Shown here: positions 1-12,560 of the stretch, in pieces
Layout: every line of letters begins with the position of its first letter
Numbering within the stretch: the stretch's first letter is position 1
DNA from: Antedon mediterranea
Lineage: Eukaryota > Animalia > Echinodermata
Assembly: GCF_964355755.1 (NCBI RefSeq)
Contig: NC_092672.1
Span: 4,216,001-4,280,000 of the forward strand
DNA: 64,000 nucleotides
Direction of reading: 5' to 3'
Notes under the pieces: model-generated
Databases searched by the model: none
Told to the model about the DNA's origin: nothing
The model's input: the letters and a program-made list of their open reading frames with translations, nothing else
Position numbers and translations under genes: made by a program

Positions 1-330
1 AGTGTTTTCGTTAGTGATGATTTTCTTAGACAATAAACTGTTTACAACATAAATCATAAATTATTACCGAATTATACTATTTTATAGACAATGACGTAAG
101 TAAAAATAATACTTTTAAAGTCTAATTTGATGAGATAGTAATCAATAAATCGCTCGTTACAGATTCAAGATTATTTCCAAGGAGAAACATGCACATAACC
201 ATAGTGCTCATCTGTGTTCGTGTAAACTGTCATCATACATGATGGTAATCTCTTTTAAATCTACGTTCAGACGACGGAAGAATTAGTCTAGACTGAATCA
301 TAAAGTCGGGTGTAAATAATGGCAGCTGGA

Positions 331-601
331 CAGTGGCGTAATGGCTATGACAATGAGCGCTCATTGACATTATAATATGTCGAAAAGGGCTAAAGCCGTA
401 CGAGGCCTCCAACGTTGGAGGGCCACTAATGCTTGGTTCCCACTAGAGACGCAGCACAAGGACGTAACGCAACTTAAGTGAGTTGACCAATGACAAGCGA
501 TTATTCGAACTGTCACTTGTCATTGGTCAACACGCTTGCGTTGCGTTACGTCCTAGTGGGAACCAAGCTTTAGGGTTCCTAATCCCTGTGTTACACCACT
601 G
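331..601. mobile_element. Non-autonomous hAT-like element (CAGTGGCGTAA...TTACACCACTG) with a nested Harbinger-type MITE
   Basis: Terminal inverted repeats at 331 and 601. Internal sequence resembles a second copy at 44812-45007. No clean TSD. Confidence 0.65.
430..569. mobile_element. MITE family 1 (TIR AGCTTGGTTCCCACTAG), PIF/Harbinger-type
   Basis: TIRs GCTTGGTTCCCACTAG / CTAGTGGGAACCAAGC, flanked by TAA and TTA. Confidence 0.85.
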
Positions 602-1059
602 CTACTGGGATTTTTTGCCAATATGTCTATCGGTTGTGCATATTTTATCCAAATACATATCTTAGTTTATTTCACAAATATAGAATTGCATGCAATAATC
701 AAGATTATATTAACTTGACATTATTATTAAAAGACGTTAAAATCGTTTCCTAATAATTTATCGTTTCCGGATCCGTGTTTGTTCCGGTTCTTTTATTGCT
801 TATCACCACAAAGCTTTAAATAAATGTATTTAAAGATACAGTATTAACAGATCGCTTTAAAGGTTAAACACAGTCTTCTACTAAAATAGTTATTTTGGTT
901 GGTTTATAAGGTTGACTTGGTGCAAAAATAGATTTATCAAAAGCAATTTGTGATACCGATGGCTATATTTTGTTGAGTGAGTTGATTTGTGTATCGCACA
1001 AAGCAACAGTGGAGGCGTCATTGCCACAATAAATAACAATGGTGGTCACCCGGGCCTCT

Positions 1060-1495
1060 TATTCATGTTGTCACCATATAATCGACGGTAACATTATCCC
1101 ATTCATTCAATTAGGATGCATCCTTCGCTGTCAACCTCTCATTGTTCATTGTCACCATCATCAATCGACAGCAACATTATCCCATTCATTCAATTACCAT
1201 CTCATTCATAGTCATCATCAACAATCGACAGCAACATTATCCCATTCATTCAATTACCATCTCATTCATAGTCATCATCAACAATCGTTAGCAACATTAT
1301 CCCATTCTTTCAATTACCATCTCATTCATAGTCATCATCAACAATCGACAGCAACATTATCCCATTCTTTCAATTACCATCTCATTCATTGTCATCATCA
1401 ACAATCGACAGCAACATTATCCCATTCTTTCAATTACCATCTCATTCATTGTCATCATCAACAATCGACGGCAACATTATCCCATTCATCACCAT
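1060..1495. repeat. 60-bp minisatellite, about 6 copies
   Basis: Unit CAATCGACAGCAACATTATCCCATTCATTCAATTACCATCTCATTCATAGTCATCATCAA aligns line to line at 60-bp period. Confidence 0.95.
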
Positions 1496-1871
1496 GAGTA
1501 CCTTCAATAAAATCCTCATCTTCTCCACTGACCTCTGTTCATCTCATCCTCGGTCAGCTTCTGTCACTCTCTTCTCAGTATCATCAATTAATACCATCCT
1601 TACTACAGTTGCTTGTGCCTCATTCTCGTCTTCTTGTGATCACATACTACCACCCCCATGAGTCACCATCAACACAATCCTCATCCTCAACTGTCCTCTA
1701 GTCAGTCATCTTCTTCTTTCTCATCCTCGGTCAGTTTCTGACACTCTCTTTCAGTATCATCAAAGATCATCCTCACTACAATTGCGTGTGCCTCCTTCTC
1801 CTGATCACATGTTAATACCAACATCATTCACAACATTTCTCCGAGTCATTGTGCTTTCTCATCCTCACTAA

Positions 1872-2077
1872 AGCTTGGTTCCCACTAGCGACGCAACGTA
1901 ACGCCATCTACGCAACGTAAGAAAATGCCCTTCTAATAATTGTGTTTGCCCCCGCCTGCGTAAAATCAAACCGACGATGTTTGCAGCACTGTTGATGCGT
2001 CGTCGGTTCCCACTTGTGGTTACGCAAGCACTTTGCGTCGATACGTCACTGCGTTGCGTTCTAGTGGGAACCATGCT
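1872..2077. mobile_element. MITE family 1, long-interior subtype
   Basis: Both TIRs present with TAA/TTA flanks. Interior is near-identical to copies at 15740 and 32965. Confidence 0.9.
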
Positions 2078-3306
2078 TTAGCTCATGTCACGTCTAATCT
2101 AACGTCATCAATTAATATTCAATTACAGTACCCCCCCCCCACCCATCCCCTTTCTTCTTAATTGATACATTATTAGTATCATTGTTTTAATCCTCATTCT
2201 CAACTCGTTCTACCTCCTTATCACCATGTATTATCTTCGTCAGCATGTATGTTTCATATACATCATAATTTATATAGGATTTCATATTGTAAAATAAACA
2301 CAGCCACGAGTAGCAGAACACAAAGCGGCATTTGCAGCACCTGTATTAAATCACCTTCGAGATAAATATACATTATTCCTGAGTTTCATCTACTTAGTAT
2401 TAAACCTTTAATCCCAATGCGTTCCATCAGTATCGAACTGGAAGATATAACAAGTCGTGTCTTTGTCTAAAGCGGTATCTTCAGTATGTCGTGGCTTACG
2501 TTGGGCTCCTATGCGTAAGTTTTCTTAATTAGTCTTCTATCTAAATGACATTGGTAATTTGTTATTCTCTCCTACATTATTTGAAACCCGTCCAAATGAA
2601 TTATCATCTATTATTTTCTAAAGAGTTGACGAATGAGAATGTAGAGAAATCTGGAGTCCATTTTGTTTGGTCACATAAAGTTTGATAGTGTAGACAGAGC
2701 TTTAGTATTGATAAACAAAAATTAACAACATTAGACCAATGATTCGGATAACACAAAATGAATATGTTGTCACATGAACTATTTACCATAGAAACATAGG
2801 CCTTTTGAAATGTTTAAAAATTTAAGATTTAAATTTAATATATACGGTAGGTTAATTATGTTCGTATCCATGGTAAAAAAATAAACAATATATCATCTCT
2901 TCTCTCTTAAACAAATTTAATTTTGTTAAATTAAATTCCCTGAGGTTTTACTTTATGCGAATTACAATAATGATCGTATCGTGGTAACAGTAAACAATGT
3001 ACTATCTCTCTTGAACTATTGATTAATTATTTTGCTGAATTACATTTTACCCATTAACGTAGAAATATTGTTCAATTAAACTCGATGGGCATGTTTCAAT
3101 TCTAATTATAAAGAAAATATACATATACAGAAAGCCAAAAACAAAAATAATAAACAATATACTATCTATTCTCTCTTAAAAATTTAAAATAGAAATATTG
3201 GGCATGTGCAGGATTCGAAAAGCAAAAAAAAAATAGCATCCGACTGATATAATAACGAAACTATACGTTCAGTCGTCAGTGTGAAAAGTTGGATACGAGA
3301 GGCGAG

Positions 3307-6300
3307 ATGGACACCTTCTTACCAATGTTAACTTTGCTAATAATTCAAAGTCATATTAATATGTTCTCAGTTGCAGGTCAGTTGTTTTACACTGCAATAC
3401 TTTGATTATGTATGGGACTGTTCAAAAGCTAATTTATAGAAAACTAGCATGTTATCTTTCTTAAATCATATAAACTATTTAGTTTTGGTTTGATAAATTA
3501 AGATTATTTTTGTTAATCCTGCTTACTATTTTTCTCTACTTGCAATTGTTTTTTTTTCCAGAAAATCATGTTAATATGTACATTTAGTTTGGTGATAAGC
3601 TTTGATAAGCTAAACTATACCTTATCACCATTTGTCAATTAATTTGTTTGTTGACAATAAAGGGGTTGTTTTTATTATTATTATTATTATAATTATTATT
3701 ATCGATATTATTATTATTATCATTATTATTATTGTTGTTGTTGTTGTTGTCGTCGTCGTCGTCGTCGTCGTCATCGTCATCGTCATCGTTATCGTTATTA
3801 TCATCATCATAGGCCTAATCATCTTTCGAGTTAAATTTGAGGGGCCGCTAACATGATATAGATATATATAAGTCTACTTGAGACTTGATTATGGTAACCC
3901 TCAATTCTTTTATTTAAAACACCTGAATGGTAACGTGCTTATTATTGACATCCTTTTGAATGGTAAATCTGTATACTGCCGGCCGTCACAGCAACCAGAT
4001 TTGACAGATTTTTAGATCATACTGTATCGCTTCTTTATTTCAGAATTGGTCTCTAACAACAAAACTGCCACCGGTAGTGAAACATTTGTTTACACTGTTC
4101 CTCCACAAAATGCTTTAGACGGCAATGACGTGCCATATATTGAAAAGGGCGGCTGTTATTTGTCGCGTAAGTTTTACTATATTATTTTATAAATTTTGGT
4201 GATTCTTATTTTACAGTAAAACTCTTTGAGACTCTTTCATCTCCAACAGGTGAACTAACCCACTTGTCACTAAATGTTGTGCAATTTTGTTTCTTCTAGG
4301 CCTATATAATTGTTTTATCGACAATTTAGAAAACTTGTTCAGGAAGAAAAGGAAAGATTATTGATTGATTAATTTTGAGGAGCGATTGATCAAAACTTAT
4401 TTATTTGTCAGTTAATCACAATTTGAATTGTGTGGTTATATAGTTGTTACTATATTTTGTAGGTCATATTTTGTAGGTCATATTTTGTAGGTCATATTTT
4501 GTAGGTCATATTTTGTAGGTCAAGGCGTAAACCGTTGGTGGAGGGTAGACCTAGAACAAGAGTACGAGATTGTCAAAGTTACCATCGTTGCAGCCATTGA
4601 TGATAGTAAGACCTTATTGTAGGATTATGGGCATGGAAGGGATGTTGCAACATGGAGGGATTTACTTAATTTTTCATCATTGCAGGAACTTAAAAGGCAC
4701 TAATTGTTGGAGAACTTAACGACAAAATATGAAAAATAAGGACCCCATCAAAATCCTCTTTGACAGGAGTGTCCCCGAATAATAAGGGTTGGCCGCAGTA
4801 TTAAAACATATAATTTCCCATCGTTCGTTTCACAGAAATAGTGGTGCCTCGATCCTCGAATAGAGGTGTGATTCTACTTTCAATACGTTTAGTATTTCCT
4901 TCTTTAGCCGAGCTTTTTGTCGATATATAAATTCAATATTAATATTAACAGTGATTGTTTTGTAATAAGTGTTATATTTCAGGATATAATATTTATAGTT
5001 ATTTTTTTACAGTATGGGCGCAATACGTTTTGCATGATTCTAAAGTTCTGATTGGTAATGACGGAGTTGATACTACTAAGAATACTCAATGTGGTCAAAC
5101 TATTTCTTTTGAGCAGTATAATTCTAGCGCGATAGTTGACGTATCATGTTCTCCACCAATCAGCGGTACGTTCGTGTTTATTACGTCAGTGTCATTTAGA
5201 AGTCTTGTAATATGTGAAGTTTTCGTTTATTCCTCTGATAAAGGTATGCATTCTTTCTATTTTAAAAATCATACTATAATTAAGGCATGCTTATATACTT
5301 GAACGATAAGGAACGACGATAGATAAATATACGTTTTAGCTACAGGACAGTTCATTGTTCATCCTAAAGCTATATATTTATAATTCTTTTCAAGTCTATC
5401 AAATGACGTCATGATCAATACGACCAATGTAATCGTGTGTAAAGGATGTTTAAATTATTGCTGTTGACATCGCCATATGTATTAGTATCCGTTATTAGAC
5501 CACTTGTTATTTCTAGATAATGTAACTAGTTAAGGTCCGTTCCTCTGAACATCAATCGAAAAAAACAGTCCCAAAGCGAAGCCATAGACAAAATTTAATA
5601 GGAGTTATATTTAACGTATGGCACGCTGTCGTTTCGTTTAACGTTCAATAAGCTTGGTTCCCACTCTAGGAGGCAACGCAAGGACGTAAACGCAACGCAA
5701 GCGTGTTGACCAATGACAAGCGTCAGTTCGAATAATCCATCGCTTGTGATTGGTCAACTCACGTTGCGTTACGTCCTTGTGTTGCGTCTCTAGTGGGAAC
5801 CAAGCTGTAGGAACGGCCTTTTACGTCACATTCAAACGTCGGGTGTTATTACTGTTTTATAGAAGCTGACCAAAACGACCTACCACTAAACCCACGTGGT
5901 TTTTGGCCATTGAACTCAATCTACACGATCCATGATCTGTCAGGTGTTAGAGATAATGATTACAGCGCCTCAAGAGTTCACTTCAGCAGCACGACTGGAG
6001 TGGCATTCGCAGATCTCTCACCCGTCGATGGCATACCCAGCAGTATCTCGATTCCAAACCGCGGCCAGTTGTTTCAAGAGGGAATCTGCACTCTGATGTT
6101 TGATATTAAACCAGAGCCTAACTCGGTTGGTGAAATACTCTTAGCTGGACATATTAACATCACACAAACAAATTCGGGAACTGGAGTATACGCGTCCGAG
6201 ATAGAAGTAACTTTTAGTAATCATGTTGGAAAACTCCGCGCTGTGGTCTTCAAACCAGATGTCTGGACATCTATCGCGATTGTGCAGAATGATAACACTT

Positions 6301-7347
6301 TGTCTTTGTGGAGGAATGGGTTCTTTGTCAGCAAGGCAATGTTTCAGCCACCGGATGTTGACGTATCGTGGAGCGGCGTAGATATTGGGTTTAACGGTGG
6401 TGCATCGGGGAATGTTAGGAACATGCACTTCTACGACCGAGCGTTGAATCGAAAAGAACTGATGGCAGCTCTTACAATTCCTTCCGAAGGTACGGTGAGC
6501 GTTTTCCATTCTCTTCCGTTCTTTACCAAAGCTAAACACTGGTAACTTTACTATAATTTTAAACATCTGAGAGTACAACTGATGTTTAGTAAGATTGTCA
6601 ATTACTTAACCATCACCATCACACCCCCCCACCCCCGCCATCCTTTTTTATTCCGTTTATATATTAAAATTAGTATTTTGAGCTGATTATTGAGCGAAAT
6701 TATTAATCACGTAATACAGTATTCAACTTTGAGAAGTGACACCAAAACATGAAAATCTCGCTGTAGAGATTTACCTAAGCCAACTCAGCGTCCATATACG
6801 ACGATTCGTCTCATGGTAGATGATTAAACCGGTTTCATACATATTCTCCCGACGACCTAACTACCCTAACGTTATCTCAAGACGACTCGTTTCGTCGGGA
6901 GAGTCAACTACGAAACCTCCGACGAGTCCCGACCTGACGAGACGTCCAGTCGGGCCTCGTACGATGGTGTCCGAGTTGGGTTTAATATTAAGCCTTTGCT
7001 TTAATGTACCGTCAATACATTCTAAGTTGTTTTATTTTATTCTAGAAACAATTCAGAAACAAACTGCAACGTCGTTGATCAGTGGCCTGTATTCTGAAGA
7101 AGAAGGCAGCATTTTCAGATTCCTCAAACTAGCGACTTTCGCCAGTGAACACGTTACGGAGTCTACCGCCGTAAGAACCATGTACGACTGCGCAATCATG
7201 TGCAACAGATATATACTATGCAACGGATACGCCTACAATTGCAAGTCAAATCATTGCGTAATCGGAAAAGAGTTTGTAGACGAAGCAGACCTAGTCGTTA
7301 ACATGGAATGGCAGTTTTATGGATATCTATCTTATGGTGAAAATTAA
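3307..7347 (+). CDS. Secreted protein, 479 aa: signal peptide + F-type lectin (FTP/F5-8C-like) + LamG/concanavalin-like + PAN/apple domain
   Basis: Exons 3307-3376, 4044-4166, 4519-4605, 5013-5243, 5863-6489, 7046-7347. All introns are GT-AG, phase 1; total 1440 nt open. Motifs: MDTFLPMLTLLII (signal), NALDGN, WWRVDL, LVICEVFVY (FTP); GFWPLN, WTSIAIV, LWRNG, FYDRAL (LamG-like); CAIMC..C.GYAY...C (PAN). Confidence 0.85.
3671..3809. repeat. Compound trinucleotide microsatellite (ATT)n(GTT)n(GTC)n(ATC)n
   Basis: Directly visible; lies in intron 1 of the lectin gene. Confidence 0.95.
4453..4522 (+). repeat. Five tandem copies of 14-bp TATTTTGTAGGTCA spanning a splice acceptor
   Basis: Directly visible; the last copy supplies the AG of exon 3. 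Confidence 0.95.
5651..5807. mobile_element. MITE family 1, short CCAAT-containing subtype
   Basis: Both TIRs present; lies in intron 4 of the lectin gene. Confidence 0.85.
6776..6984. mobile_element. Probable MITE with diverged TIRs
   Basis: TAAGCCAACTC... at the left and ...GAGTTGGGTTTA at the right; CGACGA-rich interior. Confidence 0.5.
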
Positions 7348-7434
7348 ATTGCGGATCCAGCAATCGGATTCAATGCAATGTATATGAATGTTTTGGCCAG
7401 TTATCTTTAAACAGATAATTCGAATTTTATCCCA

Positions 7435-7549
7435 TTTTTAGTCGCGTGCAACGCGACTCTACAGCTCACTATGTCGGTTGGTTGGTCGGTCGGTTGGTCG
7501 GTAAACACTAACTTGAAAACGCGACTGCAGCCATGTATATGGCCTTGTT
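7435..7549 (+). mobile_element. Helentron-associated (DINE-1/HINE-like) short element
   Basis: TTTTT start, sub-terminal inverted repeats AGTCGCGT/ACGCGACT, (GGTC/GGTT)n microsatellite, 3' stem-loop GCCATGTATATGGC followed by CTTGTT. Confidence 0.7.
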
Positions 7550-7619
7550 AGCCATGATAATAGAATAGGTTTAGACAATTTTAAAACTGTTTTTTTAAAT
7601 ATTATTATAGCCTAAATTA

Positions 7620-8985
7620 CCGAATACTAATGATGTCATTGTTTTTATAAAGCACTTAATCTTACCATGGAGGTATAACATGTATATAATTTATAGCTTA
7701 ATTATTTTACTTAATACTGATAACGTCACTGTTGTTATAAAGCACTTAATTTTACCATGAAGCTATAACATGTATCTAATTTATAGCTCCATGATTTTAC
7801 GTATAAATATTGATGACGTCACTGTTGTTATAAAGCACTTAATTTTACCATGGAGCTATAACATGTATCTAATTTATAGCTCCATGATTTTACTGAATAC
7901 TGATGACGTCACTGTTGTTATAAAGCACTTAATTTTACCATGGAGCTATAACATGTATCTACTTTATAGCTCCATGATTTTACTGAATACTGATGACGTC
8001 ACTGTTTTTATAAAGCACTTAATTTTACCATGGAGCTATAAAATGTATCTAATTTATAGCTCCATGATTTTACTTAATACTGATGACGTCATCGTTGTTG
8101 TAAAGCACTTAATTTTACCATGGAGCTATAACATGTATCTAATTTATAGCTCCATGATTTTACTTAATATTGATGACGTCACTGTTGTTATAAAGCACTT
8201 AATTTTACCATGGAGCTATAACAGGTATCTAATTTATAGCTCCATGATTTTACTTAATACTGATGACGTCATCGTTGTTGTAAAGCACTTAATTTTACCA
8301 TGGAGCTATAACATGTATCTAATTTATAGCTCCATGATTTTACTTAATATTGATGACGTCACTGTTGTTATAAAGCACTTAATTTTACCATGGAGCTATA
8401 ACAGGTATCTAATTTATAGCCCCATGATTTTACTTAATATTGATGACGTCACTGTTGTTATAAAGCACTTAATTTTACCATGGAGCTATAACATGTATCT
8501 AATTTATAGCTCCATGATTTTACCTAATATTGATGACGTCACTGTTGTTATAAAGCACTTAATTTTACCATGGAGCTATAACATGTATCTAATTTATAGC
8601 TCCATGATTTTACCTAATATTGATGACGTCACTGTTGTTATAAAGCACTTAATTTTACCATGGAGCTATAACATGTATCTACTTTATAGCTCCATGATTT
8701 TACTTAATACTGATGACGTCACTGTTGTTATAAAGCACTTAATTTTACCATGGAGCTATAACATGTATCTAATTTATAGCCCCATGATTTTACTTAATAT
8801 TGATGACGTCACTGTTGTTATAAAGCACTTAATTTTACCATGGAGCTATAACATGTATCTAATTTATAGCTCCATGATTTTACCTAATATTGATGACGTC
8901 ACTGTTGTTATAAAGCACTTAATTTTACCATGGAGCTATAACATGTATCTACTTTATAGCTCCATGATTTTACTTAATATTGATA
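7620..8985. repeat. 90-bp tandem repeat, about 15 copies
   Basis: 30-aa periodicity in ORF 7770-8999; most units carry TGACGTCA, CCATGG and ACATGT. Confidence 0.97.
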
Positions 8986-9809
8986 TATCAAAAGTATAAG
9001 CAAATAGATATAGACGCTTCGTGTCACCTTTTTTGACGTATTACCCACTATGTGAATACGTCATTATGAAGATTTTAAACTAGAAATGTACATTTTATGA
9101 TTGTATAAGAAACTCACGATAGAAGATATAGATACGGCATCTTAGAATTTTAATCGGTCCATAAGTTATAATGACAGAACAACAGTGAGTCAAATTCGAA
9201 TTGAATTGTGGAAATAATCTTACAAATGACTACTGCACATGCGCTAATGCGAGTAAACAGATTAACCTAATTGGGAACTTATTTTCGAAAACAAAAAGTC
9301 TATCCGCCGCCGGGTGTAAGATCGATTCGAACTTCAACACGATCTTAAAGAGACTATTACGTGCGCCAATATTTCCAAAACAACCCAAGGCATAGATTAT
9401 GTACTGACAAACATAGTCATTATACATCGGTAGAATTAGACCTAATATTGAAAAGACATTACTGATTAAGATGATCATTTAATGACAACATTTCTCAAAC
9501 ATAAGTCATTAAACATCGATAGAATCAGAACTAATATTTAAAAGACATTACTGGTTAATATTATAATTTAATGACAACATTTCTTTGAAACAATTTCGTA
9601 CTCTCCGGTTAAGTCTAAATCCATCCGATTCTGATGTTGTCACTATGTTTTCGCTAACTGACTATTGACAGTCATCTAGATAGGTGTATTAAGTACTTTT
9701 AACATATGTTATCCAGCTGTCACTAAATTCGTATGTCGAGATAATATATAGCACTTTATAGAACATTATACTGACGTATACCCACAGGTTATAATCGGGC
9801 TAATAATCG

Positions 9810-12560
9810 TGATAATCAGGCTGTTAGGTTCAAACTAATCACGCTAGACAAATCATGACGTGATAACCGGGCTGTTATGTTCAAACTAATCACGCTAGAT
9901 GAATCATGACGTGATAACCGGGCTGTTATGTTCAAACTAATCACGCTAGACAAATCATGACGTGATAACCGGGCTGTTATGTTCAAACTAATCACGCTAG
10001 ATGAATCATGACGTGATAACCGGGCTGTTATGTTCAAACTAATCACGCTAGACAAATCATGACGTGATAACCGGGCTGTTAGGTTCAACCAATCGCACTA
10101 GACAAAATCATGACGTGATAACCGGGCTGTTAGGTTCAAACCAAACACGCTAGACAAATCATGACGTGATAACCGGGCTGTTGGGTTCAAACCAATCACG
10201 CTAGACAAATCATAACGTGATAACCGGGCTGTTAGGTTCAAACCAATCACGCTAGACAAATCATGACGTGATAACCGGGCTGTTAGGTTCAAACCAATCA
10301 CGCTAGACAAATCATGACGTGATAACCGGGCTGTTAGGTTCAAACCAATCACGCTAGACGAATCATGACGTGATAACCGGGCTGTTAAGTTCAAACTAAT
10401 CACGTTAGACAAATCATAACGTGATAACCGGGCTGTTGGGTTCAAACCAATCACGCTAGACAAATCATGACATGATAACCGGGCTGTTAGGTTCAAACCA
10501 ATCACACTAGACAAATCATGACGTGATAACCGGGCTGTTAGGTTCAAACCAATCACGCTAGACAAATCATGACGTGATAACCGGGCTGTTAGGTTCAAAC
10601 CAATCACGCTAGACAAATCATAACGTGATAACCGGGCTGTTAGGTTCAAACCAATCACACTAGACAAATCATGACGTGATAACCGGGCTGTTAGGTTCAA
10701 ACCAATCACGCTAGACAAATCATGACGTGATAATACCGGGCTGTTGGGTTCAAACCAATCACGCTAGACAAATCATACGTGATAACAGGGCTGTTAGGTT
10801 CAAACCAATCACGCTAGACAAATCATAACGTGATAACCGGGCTGTTCTGTTCAAACTAATCACGCTAGATGAATCATGACGTGATAACCAGGCTGTTAGG
10901 TTCAAACCAATCACGGTAGACGAATAACGACGTGATAACCGGGCTGTTAGGTTCAAACCAATCTCGCTAGACAAATCATGACGTGATAACCGGGCTGTTA
11001 GGTTCAACCAATCGCACTAGACAAAATCATGACGTGATAACCGGGCTGTTAGGTTCAAACCATACACGCTAGACAAATCATGACGTGATAACCGGGCTGT
11101 TGGGTTCAAACCAATCACGCTAGACAAATCATAACGTGATAACCGGGCTGTTAGGTTCAAACCAATCACGCTAGACAAATCATGACGTGATAACCGGGCT
11201 GTTAGGTTCAAACCAATCACGCTAGACAAATCATGACGTGATAACCGGGCTGTTAGGTTCAAACCAATCACGCTAGACGAATCATGACGTGATAACCGGG
11301 CTGTTAAGTTCAAACTAATCACGTTAGACAAATCATAACGTGATAACCGGGCTGTTGGGTTCAAACCAATCACGCTAGACAAATCATGACATGATAACCG
11401 GGCTGTTAGGTTCAAACCAATCACGCTAGACAAATCATGACGTGATAACCGGGCTGTTAGGTTCAAACCAATCACGCTAGACAAATCATGACGTGATAAC
11501 CGGGCTGTTAGGTTCAAACCAATCACGCTAGACAAATCATAACGTGATAACCGGGCTGTTAGGTTCAAACCAATCACACTAGACAAATCATGACGTGATA
11601 ACCGGGCTGTTAGGTTCAAACCAATCACGCTAGACAAATCATGACGTGATAATACCGGGCTGTTGGGTTCAAACCAATCACGCTAGACAAATCATACGTG
11701 ATAACAGGGCTGTTAGGTTCAAACCAATCACGCTAGACAAATCATAACGTGATAACCGGGCTGTTAGGTTCAAACCAATCACGCTAGACAAATCATACCG
11801 TGATAACCGGGCTGTTAGGTACAAACCAATCACGCTAGATAAATAATAACGTGATAACCGGGTTGTTAGGCTCAAACCAATCACGCTAGACAAATCATAA
11901 CGTGATAACCGGGCTGTTAAGTTCAAACTAATCACGCTTGACAAATCATGACGTGATAACCGGGCTGTTAGGTTCAAACCAATCACGCTAGACAAATCAC
12001 GACGTGATAACCGGGCTGTTAGGTACAAACCAATCATGCTAAGACAAATCACGACGTGATAACCGGGCTGTTAAGTTCAAACTAATCACGCTTGACAAAT
12101 CATGACGTGATAACCGGGCTGTTGGGTTCAAACCTATCACGCTAGACAAATCATAACGTGATAACCGGGCTGTTAGGTTCAAACCTATCACGCTAATCAA
12201 ATCATGACGTGATAACCGGGCTGTTGGGTTCAAACCTATCACGCTAGACAAATCATGACGTGATAACCGGGCTGTTAGGTTCAAACCAATCACGCAAGAC
12301 AAATCATGACGTGATAACCGGGCTGTTAGGTTCAAACCAATCACGCTAGACAAATCATGACGTGATAACCGGGCTGTTAGGTTCAAACCAATCACGCTAG
12401 ACAAATAATGACGTGATAACCGGGCTGTTATGTACAAACCAATCACGTTAGACAAATCATGACGTGATAACCGGGCTGTTAGGTTCAAACCAATCACGTT
12501 AGACAAATCATGACGTGATAACCGGGCTGTTAGGTTTAAACCAATCACGCTAGATAAATC
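9810..12560. repeat. 51-bp satellite, about 54 copies, with a 919-bp higher-order duplication
   Basis: Unit GTGATAACCGGGCTGTTAGGTTCAAACCAATCACGCTAGACAAATCATGAC; 17-aa periodic ORFs; diagnostic variants recur 919 bp apart. Confidence 0.97.

Noticed and set aside
1039-1661. His-rich and Ser-rich ORFs
   Set aside because: Products of the 60-bp minisatellite and low-complexity DNA
2278-2514. Candidate upstream coding exon of the lectin gene (ends in GTAAGT)
   Set aside because: Stops in all frames; the signal-peptide exon at 3307 already supplies the start. It could still be a non-coding exon.
3625-3856. Poly-Ile/Val/Thr membrane-like ORFs
   Set aside because: Translations of the microsatellite
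7770-8999. 409-aa repetitive ORF as a real protein
   Set aside because: It lies entirely within the 90-bp tandem array, has no unique domain, and the frame is open only because the unit lacks a stop
9816-12548. LRR-looking ORFs (LSSVIGLNLTARLSRHD)n on the minus strand
   Set aside because: They are translations of the 51-bp satellite, broken by indels, with non-ATG starts and no splice signals
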